A stretch of DNA of 64,000 bases from Minisyncoccota bacterium (lineage in GTDB: Archaea; Nanobdellota; Nanobdellia; Pacearchaeales; GW2011-AR1), in the NCBI GenBank assembly GCA_035453125.1, contig DAOTCN010000002.1, positions 289,993-353,992 of the forward strand, given 5' to 3'. Numbering within the stretch: position 1 is the first letter of the stretch; each line of letters begins with the position of its first letter. The translations under genes were made by a program, and so were the position numbers. The notes under the pieces are model-generated. The model had not been told where the DNA came from. It did not search any database and was given only the letters and a program-made list of their open reading frames with translations. Positions 53,797-63,896 of this stretch are shown in pieces.

Positions 53797-54906
53797 CTAC
53801 GGAATGATTTCAGGGCCGAAATATTTTTCATAGTTAAAGTCAGTATTTTTGATTCTTTTAGTATTTATTAAGTTATTAATTTCAGGCATAACTCTTTTTA
53901 TTCCATCTATAAGATGTTTTATTGTGCTGCAAATTAAATTATTGCCTGATTTTGGCCAGAGTTGAGCTTTATTCCAGTATAAACATCTTCCACCACACAA
54001 ATCTCTGTATGAGCATTTTAAACATTCACCATCAACATCAAATTTTTTTAACTCGCTTGGATGAGTTTTTTCAATGTGGCCTGCATAAAAATCTTCAATG
54101 CAGTTCATTATTGGGCAGGCAACTATTTTTCCATCAGTTGTTATTGCATATCCTAAATAGCCTGCACCGCAACGGAGTTTTGTTGATTTTTTATTTAATA
54201 AAGATTCAACAATTGCTAAAAAAGGATAAAACTTTAAAACTTTTCCATTTTCACCGTTCATTTCACTAACCCAGTATTCAACTAGTTTTGTTAGTGATTC
54301 ATTGTATCTTTGAACAAACATTTTAAATTCTTTCTCATTATAATCAAATTTATAGAAGCCAGCATCAAGCTGCCAGTGAACTGAAGTAAAACCAGAATCA
54401 ACTAAATTTAAAACTTGATCATATAAATCAGCATAACATATAGTCATTCTTGCTATTAGTTCTCCTTTGTAACCATTCTTTTTTATTAGCTCAATATTTT
54501 TCATTACTTGATCATATGTTCCTTCTCCACGATTAAGATCTGTTCGGTCTTTGTTTCCGTCAAGTGAAACAAGTATTTTTTCTATTTTATTAATATATTT
54601 TTTTGGAAGTTGATCTAATAATTTTCCATTTGTTTGCATTCTAAATGGAACATCAATATTATCAATTATCTCCTTTATTTTTTCAATTTCGAGAAGAGGT
54701 TCTCCTCCATAAAAAACAATTACTGCATCTTTGTCTTTTTCTATAAAATTTTTTAGTTTTTTTATGTCAATTTTATTTGATTCTGGACTAGAAAAATCAA
54801 ATTTGAATTTTTTATCTAAGCCATTATCAAATTCCTTCATTGATTTTTCATAACAATACTTGCATTGAGAATTGCATTTTTCTGTTAAAATTATATGATA
54901 GTGCAT
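53797..54906 (-). CDS. Radical SAM enzyme with a C-terminal SPASM domain (peptide/protein-modifying maturase-like)
   Basis: CNSQCKYC (CX3CX2C) at the N-terminus. C-terminal Cys clusters CGAG..., CPIMNC and CLKCSYRDLCGGRC. Confidence 0.8.
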   Translation of the reverse strand: MHYHIILTEKCNSQCKYCYEKSMKEFDNGLDKKFKFDFSSPESNKIDIKKLKNFIEKDKDAVIVFYGGEPLLEIEKIKEIIDNIDVPFRMQTNGKLLDQLPKKYINKIEKILVSLDGNKDRTDLNRGEGTYDQVMKNIELIKKNGYKGELIARMTICYADLYDQVLNLVDSGFTSVHWQLDAGFYKFDYNEKEFKMFVQRYNESLTKLVEYWVSEMNGENGKVLKFYPFLAIVESLLNKKSTKLRCGAGYLGYAITTDGKIVACPIMNCIEDFYAGHIEKTHPSELKKFDVDGECLKCSYRDLCGGRCLYWNKAQLWPKSGNNLICSTIKHLIDGIKRVMPEINNLINTKRIKNTDFNYEKYFGPEIIP

Positions 54907-54970
54907 GTTATTTTGTTTGAAAATTCATTTAAAAGTGTTTTGGTATCTTCAATTTTATTAGCAGTCTATT

Positions 54971-55531
54971 TTAATACTCAGTAAATTTAATATCTGCATG
55001 AATCATCTTTTTGTAAAAAGTTATATCTGGTTTTTCTTTTCTTGAATCTAAAAATATTTTGTCTAAACCTGACCACATTGTAAACCAACTTGCAGGTTCA
55101 AGCATTACAACAATAAATTTTACAATAAATAAATTATTTTCTTGAATTCCTATAAATGTTGCAATAACACCTAATATTGCACCAATTAAGAACCACATAA
55201 TTCCCTCTCTTTTTGTTTTTTTAACTTCATTTATTTTTTCATGGTATTTCTTCTGGAAATGAGATTTTAATCTTTTTTTGATTAATAACTCTTCATTAGA
55301 ATCTCTTTTTTGTTCGGGTATTAATATTCTTAATTCAAACCCAATTTCTTTATCTCTTGCTGCTCTTCTGCATTCAATTAAAAAATCATCTGAAAGAGTT
55401 CTTTCATTAGAGGGTCTTGGATCAAAATCTGAAAATAATTCATTATATGAATTAATAATTAAACTTACATTGCCTTCTTTTATTCTTTTTTCTTCTTTGT
55501 TAATTTCTTCAATTATTTTTTGAGATTCCAT
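54971..55531 (-). CDS. Hypothetical membrane protein
   Basis: Two TM helices (IMWFLIGAILGVIATFIG, IVKFIVVMLEPASWFTMW). Lies 1 nt downstream of the S8 protease gene. Confidence 0.45.
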   Translation of the reverse strand: MESQKIIEEINKEEKRIKEGNVSLIINSYNELFSDFDPRPSNERTLSDDFLIECRRAARDKEIGFELRILIPEQKRDSNEELLIKKRLKSHFQKKYHEKINEVKKTKREGIMWFLIGAILGVIATFIGIQENNLFIVKFIVVMLEPASWFTMWSGLDKIFLDSRKEKPDITFYKKMIHADIKFTEY

Positions 55532-55532
55532 A

Positions 55533-58343
55533 TTATTTAAAAATATTTTTCTTAAAAAATCTTTTTTTAATTCTAAATGATTCTTCTTTAAATCTGTTTA
55601 TAACAATGAATATTGTTGAAATTATAATAATTATTACACCAAGGGTAATTAGTACTATCCATTTATTACTTTTTGATTCTTCTTGGTTTATTTGAGAGTT
55701 TATTTCTGTAGTAGATATATTTTTTTCAAGATTTTGGTTATTTTCATTTATTGTTTCTGAGTGAGTTTGTGCAATAATTTTTTCATTTATTGATTTTATT
55801 GTTAAGTTGCACTTGTTGTTAAGTATTGAATTAAGTTTCACTTGAATGTTATAAATATCGTTTCCTGTAATCTCATATTTTCCGGTTTCGTTAATTGACA
55901 ATTCATCAGTTATTATTATACTTTGTATTTTTATTTTTATTGAATTGTTTGAAATTGATTCAATTGAAAGGGTATGTGTTTCGTTTTGTTTATTGTTTAA
56001 AATTGTAAAACTAATTTTGTCTAAATTTGATAATAATTTTGTTAAACCTAAATTTGTTTCTTCTAATGTAACTATATAAACTGTTCCTGCTGAAGCAGAA
56101 GTTCCTCCACCACTTCCACTTCCACTTCCTCCTCCCCCTCCTCCACTGATTTTTTCTTGTGTTTCGGATGTAGAGGTTGTAAAACTGTATGTACCATTAG
56201 TTATACATAAATTAAATTCATCACAGCTTGTGACATTATAATAATAATTTGTAGATGAAGACAGGCCAGATAATAAAACTGATTTATTTGTTGTTAGTGT
56301 TTGATTTGAAATAATTGTTCCTAATTTAACAGTTGTTCCATAGTTTATTGTTGAGTTCGTATTTTCATCAGTTATCCAATTTATTGTTGCTGATGACGTT
56401 GTAATTGAATTAGTTATTGAAGTAATGATGGGAGTAATATTATGAAAAATGAATGTGTAATTATTTTCCATTAAACTACTTTGAGAATAATTATTGAATG
56501 CAACACAGTTCCAAGAGTAATTTCCTTGATTTGAAAAAGTGTAGTTAAATGTAGTGGTATTTATGTTTCCAGTTATATTTATTTTTGTTTCATTAATTAA
56601 ATAACCTGAAGAATTCCATAAATAAAAAGTTATATTTGATAGACTGAATATATCTGCTGTTTGAGATAAACAACTAAAATTATTAGTACTATTGTTAGAA
56701 ATATAATTATTTTGGGGAGTGATTAAAGAAGAACTTATATTTCCAATGTAAAAACTAAAATTTGAAGGAGAGTAACTTAAATTTCCTGCCATGTCATAAG
56801 CAAGACAATTCCATTGGTAATTACCATATGAAACATTACTTAAATTAATAAATGAATAAAAAGAATTAAGAGATGTTATGTTTGTTACAGAATATTCTAT
56901 ATTACTTTGTGAATCCCAAATTATTAAACTAACATTTTTTAATTGAAGATTATCTGATGTATTACAACTAAAATTTAAATTTTTTTCTTGAGAAAGATAG
57001 TTATTTATAGGATAGCTTAAGGTTACATTTGGGAAGGTATTATCTATTGATAAGACTGCATTGTATACATCAATTCTTGAAAAATTTAAACCGGTTCCAG
57101 AGTCATAAATTATCTTACCAGTTTTATTTAATATATTTTGAATTTCTTGGGGTGTTGGAATACGATTATTCTCTTTTATGAAAAATTGTCTTACAATTGC
57201 AAATGCTCCTGAAACATGAGGTGTTGACATAGAAGTTCCATAAGTTTGGTAATATCCTCCTGTTCTATATGTTGAATTTATTTTTGTTTGAGAATTTGTT
57301 CCAAGTCCGCCAGGAGCAACTAAATCTGTTAAGCTATTTCTGTTTGCATATGAACTAGCTATTGCATCTGTTTTTGAAACAGCACTAACTGCAGTTGCAT
57401 TTTGAACACATGATGGAGAAGATATTTGAGTTGTACTACCACTATTTCCTGTTGATACGATGACTGAGATATTTTTTTCAATTGCAGTATTTATTGATGT
57501 TGCTAAATAATCTGTATTGCAGTAATTTGAATATAAACCACTACCAAGACTTAAACTTATTATTGAAATGTTATATTTTGTGGCATTATTTGTACACCAT
57601 TCAATTCCTTTTTTGATATCAGAATAATATCCTGATCCGCTGGAATTCATTGTTTTTATTATAACTAATTTTGATTCAGGAGCAACTCCTTTTATTGTTC
57701 CATTAGCAGAAATTATTCCAGCTACATGTGTTCCATGACTGTTTGTATCTTTTGCATTATTATTTTCATCAGACCCATCTGAGCAGCAATAATCATTACT
57801 TCCTTCATATGCAGAACAATAGCAATATTGATCCAAAACTTTGTTTAATAAATCAGGATGTGTTGAATTAATTCCGGTATCAATTATGCACACTGTTTGA
57901 TCAGCACCAGTTAGATTTGTTCCATTAATTTGTAATGACCAAGTTGTTGTTGCATTTATTTGTGGTACAGAATCTTGTAAGAATATTTCAGCTATTTGGT
58001 CAAGAATTATGAATTCTATGTCTTTATTATTCTCTAGTAATTCTAAATCTTTATTATTTATTTCAGTAGATATTGATTTTTTGTTTTTAGTTACTTTATT
58101 TGGTTTTAATTCTGAGATAATATCACTTTCTATTTTACTAATATTCTTTTTTATTCCAAAAAAACCTTCTTCTTTTATTTCAATTATTACTCTAACTTGA
58201 TTTTTATTTTTAAGATTTTCATAAACATCTAGACTTACTTTTTTATTTTCCTGTTTAGCTGATGGAATAGGAGCAGTTAAGAAAATAAAAGTGGCTAGCA
58301 TTAAAATTATCAAAAAAATTATTCTCTTTTTTTTATGATACAT
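55533..58343 (-). CDS. Subtilisin-like (S8) serine protease with tandem Ig-like/FN3-like domains, a Gly/Ser linker and a C-terminal TM anchor
   Basis: Catalytic-triad contexts IIDTGINSTHPDL, SHGTHVAGII and GTSMSTPHVSG. Linker SGGGGGSGSGSGGGTSASAG. C-terminal WIVLITLGVIIIIISTIFIVI. Confidence 0.88.
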   Translation of the reverse strand: MYHKKKRIIFLIILMLATFIFLTAPIPSAKQENKKVSLDVYENLKNKNQVRVIIEIKEEGFFGIKKNISKIESDIISELKPNKVTKNKKSISTEINNKDLELLENNKDIEFIILDQIAEIFLQDSVPQINATTTWSLQINGTNLTGADQTVCIIDTGINSTHPDLLNKVLDQYCYCSAYEGSNDYCCSDGSDENNNAKDTNSHGTHVAGIISANGTIKGVAPESKLVIIKTMNSSGSGYYSDIKKGIEWCTNNATKYNISIISLSLGSGLYSNYCNTDYLATSINTAIEKNISVIVSTGNSGSTTQISSPSCVQNATAVSAVSKTDAIASSYANRNSLTDLVAPGGLGTNSQTKINSTYRTGGYYQTYGTSMSTPHVSGAFAIVRQFFIKENNRIPTPQEIQNILNKTGKIIYDSGTGLNFSRIDVYNAVLSIDNTFPNVTLSYPINNYLSQEKNLNFSCNTSDNLQLKNVSLIIWDSQSNIEYSVTNITSLNSFYSFINLSNVSYGNYQWNCLAYDMAGNLSYSPSNFSFYIGNISSSLITPQNNYISNNSTNNFSCLSQTADIFSLSNITFYLWNSSGYLINETKINITGNINTTTFNYTFSNQGNYSWNCVAFNNYSQSSLMENNYTFIFHNITPIITSITNSITTSSATINWITDENTNSTINYGTTVKLGTIISNQTLTTNKSVLLSGLSSSTNYYYNVTSCDEFNLCITNGTYSFTTSTSETQEKISGGGGGGSGSGSGGGTSASAGTVYIVTLEETNLGLTKLLSNLDKISFTILNNKQNETHTLSIESISNNSIKIKIQSIIITDELSINETGKYEITGNDIYNIQVKLNSILNNKCNLTIKSINEKIIAQTHSETINENNQNLEKNISTTEINSQINQEESKSNKWIVLITLGVIIIIISTIFIVINRFKEESFRIKKRFFKKNIFK

Positions 58344-58435
58344 ATTAATTAGAAAAAATTGAAGCTTATTAAGGTTTTGATGGTATTTATTTTTATAATA
58401 ATAATCTTTTTAAATGTCTAAATTAGGTCTTTTTT

Positions 58436-59449
58436 ATGAACCGAAGAACTTTTTTGAAAGAAATGAGAAATTTGACAGGTTTAGCTTTATTTGACCAACA
58501 AATTAATCAAATAAATAATAATTTATGTCTTAAGATTTCAGGAGCTGGAGATGTAACTCTTGCTTATAGATTTAATGAAATGTTTCAAAATTTGGAAAGA
58601 AATATTGGTGAACAAGAGGCTTTTAAATTTCCATTTATAAATGTGAAAGATTACTTTATTAGTTCAGATATATCTATAGTCAACTTTGAAGGAACCTTAA
58701 CTAATTATGGTGTAAAAATGCCGAAAAAATTTAATTTTAAAGGTAATCCAAAATATGCTCAATGTCTTACAATGGCTAATATTGAGATTGTTAATGTTGC
58801 TAATAATCATATAAAAGATTATTGTGAAACTGGTACAAGAGACACCTTGGAAGCTCTTGAAGAGTGTAATATAATTTATTGTGGTGGTGGAAAGAATATT
58901 GATGATGCAAAAACTCCAAGAACAATTTCAAAAAAAGGTCTTGATGTTTCTTTTTTAGGTTATGCTAAGGTTGGTAGTAGTTTTTGTGCTGGAAAAAATT
59001 CTGCAGGAACAAATCCCTTTATAAGAGACAGCACTTTTTCTGAAATTGAAGAAGCAAAAAAGTATTCAGATATTCTTGTTGTTTCTTGTCATTGGGGTGT
59101 TGAAAGAAGTGCATTTCCAAGTGGAGCAGAGATTAGTGATGCTAAAAGAATGATAGACTCTGGAGCAGATGTTGTCTTTGGGCATCATCCTCATGTTCTC
59201 CAAGGTATACAAAAATATAATGGAGGATTAATTTGTTGGAGTTTAGGAAATTTTGTTTTTGGAGGTAATACTTTTCCATCTGATAGAGATTCAATGATTG
59301 TTCAGACAAATTTTTCAGGTAATAAGCTAATTGATTATTCAACAATTCCAGTAATTACTCATCCTAAAAGCATGGTTTTTCAGCCTTATGTTCCTGAGGA
59401 CAGAGAAAGAATACTTAATAAGATTGAATATAGATCTAATATTGGTTAG
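58436..59449 (+). CDS. CapA/PgsA-family metallophosphatase-like protein (poly-gamma-glutamate/capsule-type) with a Tat-like signal
   Basis: MNRRTFLKE, ANNH, SCHWGVE and GHHPHVLQG motifs. Confidence 0.7.
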   Translation: MNRRTFLKEMRNLTGLALFDQQINQINNNLCLKISGAGDVTLAYRFNEMFQNLERNIGEQEAFKFPFINVKDYFISSDISIVNFEGTLTNYGVKMPKKFNFKGNPKYAQCLTMANIEIVNVANNHIKDYCETGTRDTLEALEECNIIYCGGGKNIDDAKTPRTISKKGLDVSFLGYAKVGSSFCAGKNSAGTNPFIRDSTFSEIEEAKKYSDILVVSCHWGVERSAFPSGAEISDAKRMIDSGADVVFGHHPHVLQGIQKYNGGLICWSLGNFVFGGNTFPSDRDSMIVQTNFSGNKLIDYSTIPVITHPKSMVFQPYVPEDRERILNKIEYRSNIG

Positions 59450-60368
59450 ATATATTTTTTTTTAGATAATCTAGATAAATTTGACCAAGACCTTCATCAA
59501 TTGTTACTGTTGGAAACCAACCTAGAAATTCATTTATTTTTTTGTAACTTAAGCAACTTTTTTGCTGCTCGCCTTTTTTCTTTTCAAGATATTCCACCGT
59601 TGATTTATTATTGAATAAGTAATTTATTTTTGAGAAAATACTGATTATGTCTGATTCTTTTGAAGTTCCAACATTATATACATTACTCTCCTTATCAGTT
59701 AGAGCTAGCATATTTGCTAGTGCAACATCTTTTACATAAACAAAATCCCTTGTTTGAAGACCACCATATATCTTAGGATTTTCATTTGCAATTATTTTAT
59801 CAAAAAATATCGCTACTACTCCAGCTTCACCCTTTGAATTTTGTCTTGGGCCATAAACATTTGCATATCTTAATATAGTGTATTTTAATCCGTGAATTTT
59901 ATTGTAATAATTAAGGTATTTTTCTATAGACAATTTTGCACAACCATATGGGGAAATTGGATTAGGTTCAATATTTTCAGTTGTTGGTGTTTCTGCTTCT
60001 CCATATATTGCTCCGCCAGTTGAAGAGAAGATAAAATGTTGGATATTATGTTTAACACATAACTCTAAAAGATTAATTGCAGCAAGGATATTTGTTTGGG
60101 CATCAGAAACCGGGTTTTCAACTGATTTTCTTACATCTATTTGTGCTGCAAAATGATAAACAACTTCTGGCTTTTCAGTTTCAAATATTTCAGATATTTT
60201 TTCAAAATTATTTAAATCTTCTTTGTAAAACTTTGCTTTTATATTTAAATTTTCATTTTTTCCAGTAGATAAATTGTCAATTATAACAACTTTGTGCCCT
60301 TTATTTATTAGTAAATCAACAGTATGACTACCAATAAAACCAGCACCTCCTGTTATTAGTATTTTCAT
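59436..60368 (-). CDS. NAD-dependent nucleotide-sugar epimerase/dehydratase (GalE-like SDR)
   Basis: ITGGAGFIGSH and YGCAKLSIE (YxxxK). Confidence 0.85.
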   Translation of the reverse strand: MKILITGGAGFIGSHTVDLLINKGHKVVIIDNLSTGKNENLNIKAKFYKEDLNNFEKISEIFETEKPEVVYHFAAQIDVRKSVENPVSDAQTNILAAINLLELCVKHNIQHFIFSSTGGAIYGEAETPTTENIEPNPISPYGCAKLSIEKYLNYYNKIHGLKYTILRYANVYGPRQNSKGEAGVVAIFFDKIIANENPKIYGGLQTRDFVYVKDVALANMLALTDKESNVYNVGTSKESDIISIFSKINYLFNNKSTVEYLEKKKGEQQKSCLSYKKINEFLGWFPTVTIDEGLGQIYLDYLKKNISNQY

Positions 60369-60372
60369 AATA

Positions 60373-61377
60373 TTATTTTATCAAACCAAATAGCTGTTGT
60401 CTGTTTGTTTTTACATTCTCATCTAAACTTTTAGTGTAATCAATTCCGTTTATTTGTGGAAGTTGATCAGCAGTTATTAGGTTTATTCCTAATGATTTGA
60501 ATTTTTCTATAAATTTTGAGTTATTTTTTGAAGCATCAGAAACTAATTCTCCTATTTGAGAGACTGAAGGAACTTTAAGTTTTACATTTAATTCACTTGG
60601 AGATATCCAATCACTTTGAGTATAAAGTGGATTTAACTTAAAATTTAAGTTTCCTTTTTTTGGGTAGTAATAAACACAGAAAACTGGTCCAAATTTTTTT
60701 TGTAGATTTTTTATTCCAATATTATTTGTAGGATTTGCAAAATCCTGCATTTCTAATGGGTCTTCTTGAAGATTATACATTGTCATATTGCAATTTCCTG
60801 GAACTATAACTTTTTCTCCGGGTTTAAGCATTATTAGATCTATATTTCCTTTAGAGTTTACTTTTCCCTCTTCTTTTGTTCTTGTATCAATTACCATTGC
60901 ACCATAACCTTCAAATTCATAAATTTCTTGGACTGCTAAGTTTGATGGATGGAAATGACCCATTGTAGAGCCCATTACAATTACTTTTTCTCTGCTTAAC
61001 TTTGCTTCTAAATTAGGCAAGAATGTTAAGTTTGGAAGTTTATTTTCTAGTTCTTCAGATGTACTATTTTTGTTGCAAGATTCTAAACCAACATAAACAT
61101 TATCAGTTTCTAAATAAGGGAACTTGAATTGATTATAATCTGGTGAAAAAAGATCTTTTATTGAATCAAAATTTCTTTCATTAATTTTATATCCCGGAAT
61201 TTTGCACTTTTTATTAAAACAGTTGTCATAATCACACATTTCTTCAAATCTTCCAAAAGGTATATTTCTTTTTGTTAATCCTGCACCAGAACTATATCCA
61301 CTTTCATCAAATATTACTATATTCGTTTCTATTAGTGTTGGATTTTTTATTTTTTTTATTTCAATTGGATTAATCAT
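60373..61377 (-). CDS. Cupin-domain protein related to cupin-type phosphoglucose isomerase
   Basis: GSTMGHFHPSNLAVQEIYEFEGYGAMVID resembles the cPGI motif TxGHFH...E.Y...G.G. Confidence 0.4.
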   Translation of the reverse strand: MINPIEIKKIKNPTLIETNIVIFDESGYSSGAGLTKRNIPFGRFEEMCDYDNCFNKKCKIPGYKINERNFDSIKDLFSPDYNQFKFPYLETDNVYVGLESCNKNSTSEELENKLPNLTFLPNLEAKLSREKVIVMGSTMGHFHPSNLAVQEIYEFEGYGAMVIDTRTKEEGKVNSKGNIDLIMLKPGEKVIVPGNCNMTMYNLQEDPLEMQDFANPTNNIGIKNLQKKFGPVFCVYYYPKKGNLNFKLNPLYTQSDWISPSELNVKLKVPSVSQIGELVSDASKNNSKFIEKFKSLGINLITADQLPQINGIDYTKSLDENVKTNRQQLFGLIK

Positions 61378-61378
61378 T

Positions 61379-62122
61379 TTAATTTATTATTGCATAAGCT
61401 GCTGTTGGACTTGCATCCATATCTGAAGGAAAAACTGGAACAGACACTAACTGAAAAGGTTTTCCGGCAGCTTCTTTATTTAATTCTGAAAGATTAACAA
61501 GAGTTTCTAAAATCAAAATGTCTTTTTTGAATAATTCCCTATGTGATTCACTGTTACTTCCTCTTTTGTCTACTGAAAATGAATCAATACCGATAAGACT
61601 TAATTTTTCGTAATTAGTTGATAGGTATTTTGCAACTATCGGCTTTAAGTAAGGAAATGATTCTTCTAATTCTTTTTTATAAAGATTATTATTTTGCATT
61701 AAGTCACAGAATCCAGTATAGATTATTAATGCATTAAAATCATTTGTATTAGGAATATTTTGAGCTATATCATTTACTCTTACTTCTTTATCTGATCTTG
61801 ATAATATATTTGACTTTGTAAGATTAATTATTACAGCACGATTTATGAATCTTTCAGTTTTATAGTCTCCTATTTTTTTGCCATCTGGAAGTTTATGTGC
61901 TGGGGCATCTAAGTGAGTTCCGTGATGATTTCTAATTGAAAGTTCAGAATATCCTGACTTGTATTTTTTAATTTCATACGAAGCAAGTGTTCCATTTTCA
62001 TCGTAAATTTCTTTTTGTTTTAGTTCTAATCTTGCAGAAACAATATTTATTTTTGGCTCAGGATCTGAAGGATATTTATACATTCCATTTTCAAGTCTAT
62101 GAGTTAAGTTTATGATCTTCAT
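61379..62122 (-). CDS. Cyclase-family hydrolase (kynurenine formamidase-like)
   Basis: HHGTHLDAPAH (HxGTHxDxPxH) signature. Confidence 0.7.
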   Translation of the reverse strand: MKIINLTHRLENGMYKYPSDPEPKINIVSARLELKQKEIYDENGTLASYEIKKYKSGYSELSIRNHHGTHLDAPAHKLPDGKKIGDYKTERFINRAVIINLTKSNILSRSDKEVRVNDIAQNIPNTNDFNALIIYTGFCDLMQNNNLYKKELEESFPYLKPIVAKYLSTNYEKLSLIGIDSFSVDKRGSNSESHRELFKKDILILETLVNLSELNKEAAGKPFQLVSVPVFPSDMDASPTAAYAIIN

Positions 62123-63480
62123 TTTAATTGGTATACTGAAATTCTTTTATTTTGTTCTTCTGGAAGATTATATGCTTCATATATTGAATTCATTGTTTCA
62201 ATTGAATTTTTGAAATCGGTTATTGGTCTTTTACCTGTTTTAATTGAGTCATAGAATCTATTCAGTATGTTCACATATTCATTGTTACTTGTTCCTTCTT
62301 TGGCTTTGTATGATTTTTGGTCTTGTTTAATTGTATTCTTTGTTACTTCTCCAGTAATAAAATCAACTATAACTTCTGAACCATCATTAAGCAGAAATTT
62401 TATGAATTTTGATTCTTTTTTTTCATGATTTTCTTTATTAATGTTCCTGTTTGTCTTATCAATAAATTTAGCAACTGTAAAATTTGCTGTACATTCTTCT
62501 GTGAAATAATCTCTTTTTGAATCAATAGCTATGCTATTTTCAACCTTATTTTTTCTATTTTGTACATTAAAAACTACATGATCATAAGTGTCAGCATTAT
62601 ATTTTATCCGTTTACCTTCTTTTTCACCTTCATACATATCATATTCTCTATTTTTTGCTATTGCTTTTCCACCAAGATTTGAGACAAATGCAAGAAAATG
62701 ACACAATGTATCTCCCATTAATCCAGAACCGCTCTTTTCAAAATTTAAGATTTCTTGAGTTCTCCAGTGAGAAGGATCATCAATTTCTATACCTTCTCCA
62801 ACTATTTCCTTTATTTTTAATTTTTCTCCATCTTTTCCAGTTAATATTTCATCAAGATTTTCATAAAAGGCAAGTGAGCTTTTTTTGTATGAGTAATGTT
62901 CAGCATCCATAAGAATTTTGATATCTTTGTCTTTTCTTTCGTTTTTATTAGCTATTTTTTTCAGTTCATTTATATATTTTTTTGTTGGCTTTCCATTTTC
63001 TATAACAGGAATAAGGGGTTTTTCACATAAAACACTTTTTTCATGACTTATAGCGTCGTTTATATAATCTAAATGTGCAAGATTTGCTGACTGAACTATT
63101 ATAGCATCACTTTTATCATAGACTTTTTCTTCAAGCGAATATTTTTTACATTCTTCTTTATTTTCAATAGTTTGAGAATATTTAAATCCGTTATTATTAA
63201 GTCTTCTAATTATTCCTATTATTGATTTCACTTCTTTTTTTCTATTTCCGGCTCGCCATGTAGGATTTTCAAACAATATTTCAAGTTTACCCTCGAGCCC
63301 ATCCATTAATTGATCTATTGCAATTTTTTTTCTTTGTCTGCCACATATATATTTTAAATTAAATTTTCCTTTTATTTCATTATCATTAAAATACGCATCA
63401 AAGAATTTTGCCAGTGCCCATTCAGACTTATATCCAACTTGTGAGATATTTAATTTTTCTTGGTTTTTTTTAGTCATCAA
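62119..63480 (-). CDS. Gfo/Idh/MocA-like oxidoreductase (divergent)
   Basis: DAIIVQSANLAHLDYINDAISHEKSVLCEKPL carries the EKP motif. The N-terminal Rossmann motif is not obvious. Confidence 0.4.
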   Translation of the reverse strand: MMTKKNQEKLNISQVGYKSEWALAKFFDAYFNDNEIKGKFNLKYICGRQRKKIAIDQLMDGLEGKLEILFENPTWRAGNRKKEVKSIIGIIRRLNNNGFKYSQTIENKEECKKYSLEEKVYDKSDAIIVQSANLAHLDYINDAISHEKSVLCEKPLIPVIENGKPTKKYINELKKIANKNERKDKDIKILMDAEHYSYKKSSLAFYENLDEILTGKDGEKLKIKEIVGEGIEIDDPSHWRTQEILNFEKSGSGLMGDTLCHFLAFVSNLGGKAIAKNREYDMYEGEKEGKRIKYNADTYDHVVFNVQNRKNKVENSIAIDSKRDYFTEECTANFTVAKFIDKTNRNINKENHEKKESKFIKFLLNDGSEVIVDFITGEVTKNTIKQDQKSYKAKEGTSNNEYVNILNRFYDSIKTGKRPITDFKNSIETMNSIYEAYNLPEEQNKRISVYQLK

Positions 63481-63638
63481 GAATAAAAAAAACGTTTGTA
63501 TATTTTATTTTTCCATATATTCCTTGTTTGTGATATACTAATATAGTCAAAAAAGTGAGAATATTTTGAATAGTGATTTAATTTTTTTGAATAAAAAATT
63601 TATTAGTAAATGCTAAATTTATTGATTAAGAAATAAGT

Positions 63639-63896
63639 TTAATCTTCTGTGAAATAATCAAAATCTTCTTTAGAACTATAAACAAATCCACTAGGACTAA
63701 TGTAAGCATTTCTTATATGAATTAAAGTTTCTCTTGGGAAATAACACTCTACTACTTTATTTAGTCTATATGCTTTTTCTAAACTTATAGTTGTTCCATT
63801 TTTTAGTTCAACTTCTCTTTTTGCATTAGCTCGCATATTTCTTTCATTTTCATCTAGTTGAGTTTTTGTTTCTAATTTTAGAGTTGATGTTTTCAT
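63639..63896 (-). CDS. Hypothetical small protein
   Basis: ORF only. Confidence 0.3.
   Translation of the reverse strand: MKTSTLKLETKTQLDENERNMRANAKREVELKNGTTISLEKAYRLNKVVECYFPRETLIHIRNAYISPSGFVYSSKEDFDYFTED

Noticed and set aside
56084-56150. GC-rich, pyrimidine-rich tract (tcctccaccacttccacttccacttcctcctccccctcctcc) as a possible structured RNA or recombination signal
   Set aside because: It is in frame within the S8 protease gene and encodes a Gly/Ser hinge (SGGGGGSGSGSGGGTSASAG). The coding explanation is sufficient.
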